A stretch of 63,708 nt of DNA, filler included, from Basidiobolus ranarum (lineage: Eukaryota), in the NCBI GenBank assembly GCA_040143965.1. It is 19 parts of 19 records of this genome, joined end to end, with 100 filler letters (N's around TTAATTAATTAA, not from the genome) between each part and the next. Parts side by side here need not be neighbours in the genome. Positions count along the whole stretch, not along the records: positions 26,929 to 30,188 come from JASJQH010002608.1; positions 30,289 to 33,547 come from JASJQH010002609.1; positions 33,648 to 36,905 come from JASJQH010002610.1; positions 37,006 to 40,261 come from JASJQH010002611.1; 15 more parts are not named here. One strand, 5' to 3'. The translations under genes were made by a program, and so were the position numbers. The notes beneath the pieces are model-generated. The model was not told the origin of the DNA. It worked only from the letters and a program-made list of their open reading frames with translations, and made no database searches. Shown here piece after piece: positions 26,929-38,993 of the stretch (positions are counted from its first letter, which is position 1; each line of letters begins with the position of its first letter).

Positions 26929-28061
26929 GATAACTGTTCAAATTCCGCAATCAAAGGCTCCAAGAAGCTATCTATAAGCACTGGTGATTTAGGTCCAGAT
27001 ATGATGGATAGTATCAAAATATTATGACTCTTATACCGTTCAGAAGGAGGAAGATTTAAGTTGATTAAAATTATTGGCCAGCAAGCCTTTCCAATGGTAT
27101 ATTTGTTTAGTGAGAAACCATCCAGAACCAATGCAAATGCATGATCATACATGTTCTCAAAGAAACCTTGACTTTTCAGATTCTGGTAGTGCTATCCATC
27201 AATTATATAGGTAATACATCAGCTTTATGGTGAGTACTTTGGTATTGGATCAATGATTGAGATTTGGGTTATTTCATCAAAACCTTAAGATGGGGAATCA
27301 ATGATACATAAGCCATATATGAACAATATTTACCTGATTCAGTTATTGCTAATTGTGTGCAAACAATACATGACTTCATGTTTTTCAGATCACTAGTGAA
27401 AGCCAAACAACTATTTAGAAATGAAGGTAGTTAAATTACTGAAGGATTATAAGTCATATGATTGACAAGTGTTTTCCACTTGTACTAAGTCTGTGGCAAG
27501 CAACAGTTGCCAATCAACTCTGGTAAAAGTGTAAGCAAACCAATAAACACCTGGTTGCTAAGAATGGATTGAACTCTCCACTCCTCAATAATCAAAGCTG
27601 CTTCCTTTATTGTAAGTGTTATGACTGGACTAATGCTTGTCAATAACAAAGAGTTGGTAGCAAAATCATTGTCTTCATCTTCCACTTCTGATATACTACC
27701 ATCAGTACTGGAATAACCAAGGTCAACATCTAGTGGCATGTCCTCAAAGTTGTTGGGACTTACTGGTTTGACCAAAGTTGCATATCAATCTACATCATTG
27801 TGGTCATATAACTGTGGTAAGCATGACTTTTGCAGTGTTAACAAAACGTTGTGGCAAAGTAAAGTCAGTGGACTCAGTAAGCAAACCTAAAGTCAATTCT
27901 GTGAACTTATTACTGTTGATATTCACCAGGCTTTATGCAGCTGGTGGCTTTGTGCAGTTACTGTGCTTGTGATTATTTTTTCTATGAAGCCTTTGGCTTT
28001 CATAGCACAAGAATTTGGGACAACAGTAGCAGGGCTTCTTTAAACATTTGAGTTGCAGCAT
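26929..28061 (-). mobile_element. Degenerate CACTA/EnSpm Transposase_21 (TnpD-like)
   Basis: LVLDGF…CWPIILINLNLPPSERYK…IISGPKSP…DSFLEPLIAEF. Confidence 0.85.
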
Positions 28062-28272
28062 GACAAAGATATTGTGGAAAAAGAACACCTCCTATTTAAG
28101 GGTGGTATTTCAGTTACAGCCCATCAATATCATCAGCTGATTATGAGATGGTGTCACAGATGAGTCATCCGGGGATTTACAAAATATTTCCAGTAATGGA
28201 TGTCAATTTTGGTTTATTATAAGCTGTTTCTATGCTATTTCATTACAGCAAGTTTACCATCTGATAATTTCA

Positions 28273-29425
28273 ATGCCATTCAAAACGTATTCAAAATGTA
28301 AATCAACGTAGGATTCCAAGCCAAAGCCTGCTGGCAGGAAAGGAGAAAAACCAGCAAGAACAAAGGACTTGATGAGTAGCAGTCTAGTGATCCACTATCC
28401 ACTTTGGAAGGCATCAACATGCTGAAATTAACTCAAAAAATGATAAATTGTTAATCAATTTACCAGATGTTCTCCTTTCAGGCAATAGTGCAAGTGAAGA
28501 GATTTTAATCCCCCAATTACTTAGTAAATCAATAGTTGAGCAAGGTATAAGCAAAACACCATCAAGACCATCAACTTCCATAATGGCTATGTTGCCTACT
28601 ATTGAACAACCCTCCACAGAAAATTTGGATGGAATTATTGCAACCAGGATATTGCAGGCAGAACACCATAAGGATATGTTTGCAATCATAAGTAAAAGCT
28701 ACAAAGTTGGTATACAGGCCATGACAAGTAATAATGCTGCAATATTGCAGTTAATGCAGCATTTGGAAGCAACTAGTCAACAGTTAGAGAGTTATTCAAC
28801 AATGATACAAGACCTTCAGAATCCTGTACTTGAGCTATAGCAACATGCTGCTCCCTCCATCTATTGTCAAATGGGAATTCAATCAATCCCACACCATACA
28901 TGTGAGCATCTCTGTGACAATCTAGCAGAGCAGAATATGTGCTAGATCATTAAGTCTACACAACAACCTGAAATTGCATAGGCACATGTAAGTAGAATTC
29001 TTGTAGGAAAACCGGCAAACCAAAAGACACTGAATGTCAGTGCTGCCATCAGCTGCTCTGATGATGAGTGGCTTAACATTTTGGAAACCATGCAAAATCT
29101 TGCCCAAAATCAGCTGGATTTGAGCCAATTGTGGAAAAACCAAAAACCCGGTGTTATTCTGATGGTTCTTAACTTATTTCATGTCACTTATCCTGGGTTT
29201 TTGCAAGCAAATGGCAATTGGGCTAGTATAGGCCTATTCATGAAACATCTCAAAAATGTATGCAATTATCAACTTGGAAAAGAATGGAAAGCAGCTAAAG
29301 AAGTACTCAAGGAGCAGGTAGTTAGTAAACCCAAGGGAAAAGCAAAGGAGCCAATGAGTTTAGGCTCACCTGTCCCATTTACCAAATTCTTCACACTTTT
29401 ACAAAGATCTGTATTTCCAGAGTAA
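28273..29425 (+). mobile_element. Decayed accessory ORF divergent from the CACTA transposase
   Basis: Broken ORFs 28448-28840 and 29081-29425. The same arrangement recurs at 44014/44227. Confidence 0.6.
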
Positions 29426-29514
29426 GATGTACTTGCAAAAAAACTTAATTTCACCATGGAACCAAAAGCATTTATACTTTTTGGTGGAAATACAGAAAAC
29501 TAACACTGGGGTTG

Positions 29515-30188
29515 TGTTCAGAACTTCTGTGGGAGTAAAATGAGGTATATTTGGGGCAATTTGGATGAGTTTGAAATTTCCAATATGGAATTGCTAATTC
29601 TCACATTATTCACATATATATATAATATATGTTCCAATTTTCAGCTAAGTGATGTTAACTAACTTATATGTGATATATGAAATAGTTAGGTGTATAAAGA
29701 TAGAGATAACAAATATGATAAAGACAATAAACTTCAACACTCCCACTCAACTAAATATTCATATATCTTAATCCTAACTTAAATCTTAATTCTTCAAATT
29801 TTGGTTTTGGTAATGGTTTGGTAAGGATGTCAGCAATCATGTCCTCAGTTGGACAGTACTCCAGTTGGACGTGCTTATTCTCAATAGCTTCCCTAACAAA
29901 GTGATGTTGAATATCAATGTGCTTACTTCTAGCATGAAATTTGGGATTTTTAGCTAAAGAAATACAACTTTGATTATCCTTAAAAATTATGGTGGGTGAA
30001 CTTTGAGAAATGCCCAAGTCTTTAAAGAGTTTCCTTAGCCACATAGCCTCCTTTGTTGTGTGTGAAGCTGCCATGTACTCTGCTTCAGTTGTTGAAAGTG
30101 CTACGGTTGGTTGTTTCTTGCTATTCCAAGATATTGCTGCTTCACTATAGAGAAAGGTATATCCAGTTATTGATCTTCTGTCCTCAAT
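29515..30188 (-). mobile_element. Ty1/copia 3' end: RNase H (29751-30188), PPT GAGTGGGAG, 3' LTR about 29739-29515
   Basis: [42 protein letters not shown]. The PPT abuts TGTTG. Confidence 0.9.
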
Positions 30189-30336
30189 NNNNNNNNNNNN
30201 NNNNNNNNNNNNNNNNNNNNNNNNNNNNNNNNTTAATTAATTAANNNNNNNNNNNNNNNNNNNNNNNNNNNNNNNNNNNNNNNNNNNNCTGGCCTCTATC
30301 AAATCATCAACTCATTATAATCTCATCAACTTCACT

Positions 30337-31606
30337 ATGGTAAACATTCGCGTACTTGCTTTGGGGTCCCTTCTTGCTATCGTCTTGGCCATGCCACTCG
30401 CTGAAGCTCAGATTGTGGATGTCTCTAACCGCTATATCGTCAAGATCAAGGAAGGTGCTGATTCCAACAAAGGTATGAAGAAATGATAGGAATGACATGA
30501 ATAGGGGTGGAGGTCCGATTGATACTAACATCTTCACAATTATCATTGTAGTCGACCAATTTTTAAAGACTAAACTTGACCAATATAATCGTGGACGCAG
30601 CGGAAACAACTCTCTCAAGAATGAGCTCAAGAACAAGTTCAGCTTGGAAAACTTCAACGCTTACTCTGGTATCCTCAGCCAAGCACTAGTCGGTGAGCTC
30701 AAGACTAATGGTGATGTCGAGTATGTCGAAGCTGAGCAAGTGTTCACTGTCTCTGGTGTTCAGAATAGCCCACCCAGCTGGGGTCTCCCAAGAGTCTCTC
30801 AACGTGCATTGAATGCCAATGCCCCATACAACTACCCAGACTCGGCTGGTGAAGGTGTTGATGTGTACATCATTGATACCGGTATCAGTGTCACTCACTC
30901 TGATTTCGAGGGCAGAGCCACACTTCCAGTCAGCTTCATCAGTGGTGAAGCCACCGAAGATCTCAATGGTCACGGAACTCATGTCTCCGGAACTGTTGGA
31001 GGCGCCCGCTATGGTGTAGCCAAGAAGGTCAAGCTCATTGGTGTCAAGGTACTCAGTGGAAGTGGCAGTGGTACCACCTCAGGGGTCATCTCTGGAGTCA
31101 ACTGGGTAGCCCAGCAAGCCAAGGCCAGCGGTCGCAAGAGTGTTGCCAACATGTCCCTTGGTGGTGGTAACAGTGAGGCTTTGAAGCAAGCTGTCGATGC
31201 TGCAGTCAAGGCTGGAGTGACATTCATTGTCGCCGCTGGTAATGAGAGCCAAGATGCCTGCAATGTCTCACCAGCCAATGCTGGACTAGCATTCGCAGTT
31301 GGAGCTTCCACCATCACTGATGGTGCAGCCAGTTTCAGTAACTACGGCAAGTGTGTCAAGCTCTCAGCACCTGGTCAAGACATCACCTCTGCATGGATTG
31401 GAGGAACATCAGCCACCAAGAAGATCTCTGGTACCAGTATGGCCAGTCCCCATGTTGCTGGTGTTGCCGCTTTGTACCTATCCCAAGGAGGCTTGAACAC
31501 TCCAGCTGAGGTATACTCCGCACTTGTTTCCAAGGCTACCAAGGATTTAATCACTGGATTGAAGGGTACCACTCCTAACCTTTTGGTATTCAACTCAAAC
31601 CAGTAA
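30337..31606 (+). CDS. Secreted proteinase K-like subtilisin (S8A), 2 exons (30337-30472, 30552-31606), 396 aa
   Basis: Signal peptide, I9 propeptide, catalytic triad IIDTG / GHGTH / GTSMASPH, oxyanion AAGN. GT-AG intron. Confidence 0.96.
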
Positions 31607-32452
31607 AAGAATTAGTAAAGCTACACTGGATAAAACAACTTGTGACATCAATAAAGTTTGCTTATATGACTTAACCATTAATGAAATACAACTATTATAT
31701 GCAAATTACTGATAGAGTATCTTGAATAAGCGTAGAAGATTATAAACAACCTCCATTAGGTATCGACTTGTAGCACCGATAGATGTTCCGTTATCATGGC
31801 CGCCTAATTCAGGTGAAAGAATGATACAGTACTCAAGTTTAGCAGTAAGGGGCCGATGTGTGAAATAGCATTCACCAGGTTCCATATGTATCTGACAAAT
31901 CAAGTAGAATAGTGAAGATTATTTAAGTTTAATGCAGGTTGATCGTTATCAATAGTTTCGAGTCAACTTATGTATATCGTAGATTACACTGTATAAATAC
32001 TTTTTCAACGTAGTGACTTGGTCTCTAATTGGGATGCCAACCGAAAACTTCATCTAGATTGCGATAAATATTCCCATCTTAGATTTAGTTTCCTGAAGTA
32101 TGGTAAAGATCGACCGGATTTAAAAAGTATTGCGTGATGGATGCTTCGAAATCACTTTTATCATGCGCTCATCTTCAATTCCTTGGTCCAAAAATATCCG
32201 AATATCAGGATTCTGAAACGTTGGTGCGTTCTTGGTATGGGAGTTTTCCATATTTGGAATTCCATAACTTTTGAAAAATTGATATGCTAAACTGGTTTCA
32301 TTCCTAGAGTTCATCTAAAATTTACGAAATATCCATCGTTTCTAACGTATGTGACCTAGAGAGAGACGTAATTTATGCGAATGTGAAAGTATATAAATTA
32401 TTTTCTGAACTCTATCAAATCATCAACTCAATATATTTTCATCAACTTCACT

Positions 32453-33547
32453 ATGGTAAACATCCGCGTATTTGCTTTGGGGTCTCTTCTTGCTATCGTC
32501 TTGGCCATGCCACTCACTGAAGCCCAGATTGTGGATGTCTCTAACCGCTATATCGTCAAGATCAAGGAAGGTGCAGATTCCAACAAAGGTATGCAGAAAT
32601 GATAGGAATAATATGTATAGGGGTGAAAGTCAGATAGTTTATATATGATGAATTCAAACTAATGCTTTGATATTGCAAATTGTCATTATAGTCGACCTAT
32701 TTCTCAAGACCAAACTTGACCAGTACAACCGTGGACGCAGTGGAAACAACTCCCTAAAAAATGAGCTCAAGAATAAGTTCAGCTTGGAAAACTTCAATGC
32801 TTACTCTGGCATCCTCAGTCAAGCACTAGTCGGTGAGCTCAAGGCTAATGGTGATGTCGAGTATGTCGAAGCTGAACAAGTGTTCACTGTCTCTGGTGTT
32901 CAGAATAGCCCACCCAGCTGGGGTCTCCCAAGAGTCTCTCAACGTGCATTGAATGCCAATGCCCCATACAACTACCCAGACTCGGCTGGTGAAGGTGTTG
33001 ATGTGTACATCATTGATACCGGTATCAGTGTCACTCACTCTGATTTCGAGGGCAGAGCCACACTTCCAGTCAGCTTCATCAGTGGTGAAGCCACCGAAGA
33101 TCTCAATGGTCACGGAACTCATGTCTCCGGAACTGTTGGAGGCGCCCGCTATGGTGTAGCCAAGAAGGTCAAGCTCATTGGTGTCAAGGTACTCAGTGGA
33201 AGTGGCAGTGGTACCACCTCAGGGGTCATCTCTGGAGTCAACTGGGTAGCCCAGCAAGCCAAGGCTAGTGGTCGCAAGAGTGTTGCCAACATGTCCCTTG
33301 GTGGTGGTAACAGTGAGGCTTTGAAGCAAGCTGTCGATGCTGCAGTCAAGGCTGGAGTGACATTCATTGTCGCCGCGGGTAATGAGAGCCAAGATGCCTG
33401 CAATGTCTCACCAGCCAATGCTGGACTAGCATTCGCAGTTGGAGCTTCCACCATCACTGATGGTGCAGCCAGTTTCAGTAACTACGGCAAGTGTGTCAAG
33501 CTCTCAGCACCTGGTCAAGACATCACCTCTGCTTGGATTGGAGGAAC
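32453..33547 (+). CDS. Tandem paralog proteinase K-like subtilisin, 3'-truncated (exons 32453-32588, 32692->33547)
   Basis: Near-identical to 30337-31606. TATA-like ATATAAAT about 60 nt upstream. Confidence 0.95.
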
Positions 33548-34261
33548 NNNNNNNNNNNNNNNNNNNNNNNNNNNNNNNNNNNNNNNNNNNNTTAATTAAT
33601 TAANNNNNNNNNNNNNNNNNNNNNNNNNNNNNNNNNNNNNNNNNNNNGGACATCGGTATCGATTGAGTACAATTCTTTACGCTGTAAATAAAATATGCCA
33701 TTAAATCAGTTTCTGTGTACGGAGATGCTTGCTAACTTACGCCAGTATTAGTATATTTGGGTACATTGCTGATTTGTAAATAGCATGAGTCCGGTTCGAT
33801 TGCGTTTATGCTTAAAATCCCCATTGCATCGTTATATTTCTAAATCTCAATGGACTTTTCCAAGCGTACCAGTGAATATGTCCTCCATTGACAAAACTTA
33901 GGGACTTGTAAGTAGTGCCCCAATCTAGACATCTCAATCCTGGTCTTCCACGTTCAGTTGGATGATGCATTGTGAATAATGGTAAGGTTTTCTCGTGCAA
34001 TATTTGCCAGATAATATACTATACCAGAATTAATATGTTACTGTGTCCTTCTGGATATGGCTGATGACAACATCTCACTCGTAATGTTTCCCATATCTAC
34101 TAATTCCGTGGGAATTCCGCATACGTTTCCTAAGCTGGTTTTCCTTGTGTCAAATAACACGAATTTAGCCGTCCGTTTCTCTCAATTTCCATATTTCTCT
34201 ATTGCATATATCGTGACCTACTGCTGTCTAACGTTTGATCTACCCATTAAAAGTATATAAA

Positions 34262-34807
34262 GTACAGTATGATCCCATGGAAGGGCAGCTTCTCATCACA
34301 GCAACAACGATAGCAATGCCAAAGACATATTGTATTCCTGGTTCTACCAATGATATGTTAAGTGAGAGATTCGCCAGGATCGATCCCAATTTCAATTCTG
34401 AATACAAAGAGTCCCAGAGGAAAAGGATGGAAGAGACTATTGAAGAAAACAGGCAAACCCGGCTTCGACTGAAGAAGAGAATTGAAGCTTTGGGTCTTGA
34501 AAAGGCTATTGAAGAAGCGCAGGGATTTGTGCGCATGAGGCAGCTGCAGCATGACAATGCTTCGTACATGAGGAACGGAAAAATCTGGACAGTAAATGGA
34601 AATCAACCGGTTGAGCTATTGGATACTGAAGTTGTGGATGGAGTAATATACAAGATTAACCAAGAATTATTTGATTTGATGAAGAAATGTAAAGGGCTGG
34701 AGGATTTTAGCAGCTTGCTCAACGTGTCAGAGGGATTCGACGATCTGACGGACCCATCAAGCGGCCCCTCCATTGGCGGAGAATACCTTCAACCAATTTA
34801 TGATTGA
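34262..34807 (+). CDS. Hypothetical protein, probable terminal exon with a charged coiled-coil
   Basis: 190-codon ORF with CpG retained. Upstream exons unresolved and no family recognised. Confidence 0.55.
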   Translation, partial: VQYDPMEGQLLITATTIAMPKTYCIPGSTNDMLSERFARIDPNFNSEYKESQRKRMEETIEENRQTRLRLKKRIEALGLEKAIEEAQGFVRMRQLQHDNASYMRNGKIWTVNGNQPVELLDTEVVDGVIYKINQELFDLMKKCKGLEDFSSLLNVSEGFDDLTDPSSGPSIGGEYLQPIYD

Positions 34808-35664
34808 TTTATTACATAGCTCTTCGTTTGATGCAGCGGAGTTTGATATGGTAGACCTGGCATATTTATGGTAAGCAAGTTTGCTTGCTCTTGCCACATT
34901 ACAAATTCCTATGCAATAAATCCATATTGCACAGCCCAGAGTACTTTTTTCTGGCTACCTCTACACTCGAATATCTCACTACATTCTTGAGTTAAGAATT
35001 CCCCCTCTCTATTTCTTTCAATATGCCGATTATATTCTACAAAAGGACAAAATTTAATATTCTTACACAGAGAATCGCATGCTACTAAATATGTGCAAGG
35101 ATTTCTTTGCATTGCTGTGCGAACCCAATTACAGACTCATCTCTGTGTTATCTATCTCAAACAAACCAAACTCTTGATTGGCACACAAATATCGCGTTAC
35201 ACGGATCAACATTACGTATGCCCAACATACTCTCTAATACTTCAATTCCTAAATGTGGACAAACTCTCTAACGGAGTTGTCTGAAAAAAGATAAGATCAT
35301 GGTATATGGCAACTCTGTGCATCCTAAAACAAGATAGTTCTCAAGCTCCACAAAATGCGTAAATTAATTGATATCAGATATTTAAATGGTATCACCAGTG
35401 CATGATAGTAATGGTATCTATAAGAAGAGGATTAATCATTTATAAAGAAATTCATACAATATATACACAATTATTGAGTAACTCACGTAGTGCCCTTATA
35501 CTTGACTCTATTTGCATATAATCTGTGTGAAGAAATAAGATAACTTGGATCATGCCCGATGAAATTAATTAACACACTGACTTTGACAAGGATCCGGTTC
35601 ATTATGTAGATAGGTTCAGCTTGCTTACAGAGAAAACAGACTAGATATGTGTTGGTCCCATTTC

Positions 35665-35856
35665 TTATGCGTATTTCCAGAGTTTATCTCTAGGTGGAGG
35701 TTTAGCCATAATATCAGCTATTACATTGTTGCTAGATATGTGTGGACGTTCTAAAACTCCTTCATCAAGTCTCTCATAGAAGAGATCATGTTTGCTATTG
35801 ATATGTTTTACTAATGAACTTACCATTCCATTTTTGAAGGGATATACACTTTGCAT
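35665..35856 (-). mobile_element. Highly degenerate copia RNase H fragment
   Basis: KHINSKH…VIADIMAKP. Confidence 0.55.
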
Positions 35857-36089
35857 ATTTGCTCTAAATAAGATTTTTGGGATTTATTTCATAAGGAGGA
35901 AAAAAAGCACTATGGCTAGGGTTAGCCTTTTGGCCAATTTATTCAGCATCACTTATATCTAGTGTGCTTTAACATATTCTTGATAGGTATCAAATGAGAG
36001 AAATCAGCAAACTTGTAATGAAAATCAGGCTCACTGTAGGAAGGAAAATAGCAAAGAATATCTAGATCAATATTCATAGAAAAAAAAGC

Positions 36090-36905
36090 TTAGTGGGATG
36101 TAGTCACTAACTAGTGAATTCTTCATTTCAAACAAAACAAAGAAGCCACAACTACTTTTGTAGTATCTTAATTATAGTACTAAGTTCTGGAGTAATGGTG
36201 TAAATGTTGCAAATTAGATAGTTTAAGTCAGAAGAGTCCAAGATACTATTACATGGGGTGAGAGAGAGTAACAATGGTAAAAATGCTAAGTCAACAATGG
36301 AAATCAGTGGAATGAGACTAGGATTAACATAAAGTACAAACAGAGTGTGTTTCTGAATATATTGCTGCCAAAGATCAACCAAGTATTCCTTGCAAGTACA
36401 GTAGGGCTTCTCAGCTTGTTATATACAGAAAGCAAATTTTATTACTTCAGGATATCCTAGCAGTATTCTCCAGCAAAAAGAAGGTTCAGAGCAGTAGGAA
36501 GCTCTCCAGCATTCAATCAGAGACTTCTGACTCTTGCATATCCTGGAGAACAGTCTAGTTGTGATTTATATTATTCAAAGACCATATGGAAGTAATCTAA
36601 ATGCACCAAGAATGGCATATCTATGAGGACACTCAGGCTGATCGGAAACAAGAGAAGTGAGTTAGGGTTAGGGGGAGACAGTCACCAACAGGTGAAATCT
36701 TTGTTTAAACAAAACAATGAAGCCACAACTACTTTTGTAGTTTCTTAACTAATGTATGGAGATCAGGAGTATTGGTATGAATGTTGCAAAGCAGAAAAGT
36801 TAAGTCAGTAGATTCTAAGACACTATTAAGTGGAGTGGGAGGGAGTAACAAAGGCAAAAATGGTTAGTCAACAATGAAAATTAGTGGAATGAGACTAGGC
36901 TTAAC
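36090..36905. repeat. Diverged direct repeat, period about 578 bp (36130-36328 resembles 36708-36905)
   Basis: Shared GAAGCCACAACTACTTTTGTAGT and AGTGGAATGAGACTAGG blocks. Confidence 0.8.
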
Positions 36906-38273
36906 NNNNNNNNNNNNNNNNNNNNNNNNNNNNNNNNNNNNNNNNNNNNTTAATTAATTAANNNNNNNNNNNNNNNNNNNNNNNNNNNNNNNNNNNNNNN
37001 NNNNNTAATAATGAAAGTAGCAGTTATTTGAATCCTACATTTGTAGCAGTATCGCACTCATATGTGAACATAGAGACAGGGTCGAAAATCCCTCTCAGTA
37101 GTAGGCAAAACTTACTAGTTACAATGAAAATGGTGCTGCAGGTACTAGAGATGGACTGAAACTAGTTAGGATCATGGGAAGAGACATGGCCATTGTACCT
37201 ATTGATATATAACAATGAACATTGCGGTTCACACTGCAGTTCGTTGTAATTCCTCAATAAACTACTTATTGTTATATGAAAAATATTGCCATTCTACAGG
37301 AAATATTTCTTGTCCAACAGATAATCAACTGGTGATAATGTAAGCATGATTTGGAATATGGACTGGAACATATTTCCACTATATTAAACTTGACAAGAAT
37401 AATTTCAACTCCTTAAAAGTAGCAAATATATCGGCTATCGGCCAAATTGGTGTGCGTGACGTGTTTACTACCAATATAATTGTAGGAGGATGCTTTTGAT
37501 AACATGAGTGCAACTGGTGTGCCACTTGACCCAATATAAACTTGACAATGCTCTATCTTGGACGGCTCAAACAACAAGCTTCTCCCTTTATAATTCAAGT
37601 TGCGTGGAGGTTATACAGGGATGATACTCGGACCAGAAACTTCAAGTACAAAGGACAGCCTTCATAGGGCTGGACACCCTAATGTGCGAGTTTAGGCAAA
37701 GTATGTTAACACTTAATCGTATCATTTATCTTGTTGAGTTTGGCAAGAGTATATTGAAAAGCAAGTATGTCAAATAGTTCTTTAATATTAACAAGTTTCT
37801 ATTTAATGGTGCATTGAAAAACTAACCTCGGAAGAACAAGCAATTTTGAATACTAAAAGAAACAAGTACTATATGTCAATCTTAATAGCTCCATTCTACA
37901 AACTCTGAATATCTTGATATATTGGAGCTAATTAACATCTTTTAATCAAGTAACACTTACTATCAAGTCCCATATTTGATAGATGGGCGGATTTCCAGGA
38001 ATTAGCCCAATTGACTAAAAGATCTCGAAGTCATTCAATTAGTACTTTCATGAAGGTTCTGAACATAATCCTTTGAATTGCTTTGGTTGTTCTTTCAAAT
38101 TTATCAAATAGATATTCTTTGTATAACAAGTAAAAGGATTCATCAGTCATAAAGATACCATTTATGACAATAATGAATCCAAGCTCAATTGATTGAGAGT
38201 GTCATATTGACAAGTCCCAAACATCACATTAATATTTGTTCCACTCAGTTCTTTTGCTTTTCATATTAATATT

Positions 38274-38990
38274 TGTTTAAGTATTTTAGAAGTTTTATGG
38301 AAGTGGTTTGAGTAACTAGAGGAATTTGTGGTTTTCACTTTCTGATTAATTGATTAGAAAGTTGACATTTATACATGTGCCAGGATGTGAGCAAACTAAC
38401 ATGTAGAGTGTGTCAAAAAAGGTCCTAGTAGCATGTGTGCAAAGCTTGGGGCTTCTAACACAAGTTTGAAAAAATCAATATATCTGAGAACTCCAAAGTT
38501 GGTCCCAATATTTTAAATACGTTTGAATCAAAAATAATGGGTAATATCTTAGTGAGATATACAATAACTAAGAACTAAGCTATATATCACTGTATAGGTG
38601 CTTAGGCAATGCTAATTTCAATACTCTTCCTCAATTAAATATTCATTTAAACTAATACTGAGGAAGGTATAAATTTCTCAAATTTCTGTGTAGCTAATGG
38701 TTTGGTTAACATATCAGCAATCAAATCTTTGATAGAACAATAAGTTTAATCAATGAACTCATTCACTGAAACCCCTCTGATCAATGATGTCTAATATCTA
38801 TAAGTTTGCTTCTATGATGAAATATGGGACTTCTAACTAATATGATACAATTTTGATTATCTTGATATATTGTGGTTGGTGAATGTTGATAATGGCCCAA
38901 ACCTGTTAAGAGTTTTCTTAACCATATTGCCTCTTTGATTTCTTCACAAGCTGCCATGTATTTTGCTACTATTCTTCAAGGTACTGCTTA
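38274..38990 (-). mobile_element. Copia 3' end: RNase H remnant, PPT GAGGAAGAG, family-A 3' LTR (38623-38274)
   Basis: IYQDNQNCI…FHHRSKLIDIRHH. A purine tract directly abuts the LTR. Confidence 0.85.
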
Positions 38991-38993
38991 AGT

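Noticed and set aside
30686-33457. Antisense and alternate-frame ORFs over the subtilisins (also over RPS3 and 59392-59874)
   Set aside because: Shadow ORFs caused by biased codon usage.
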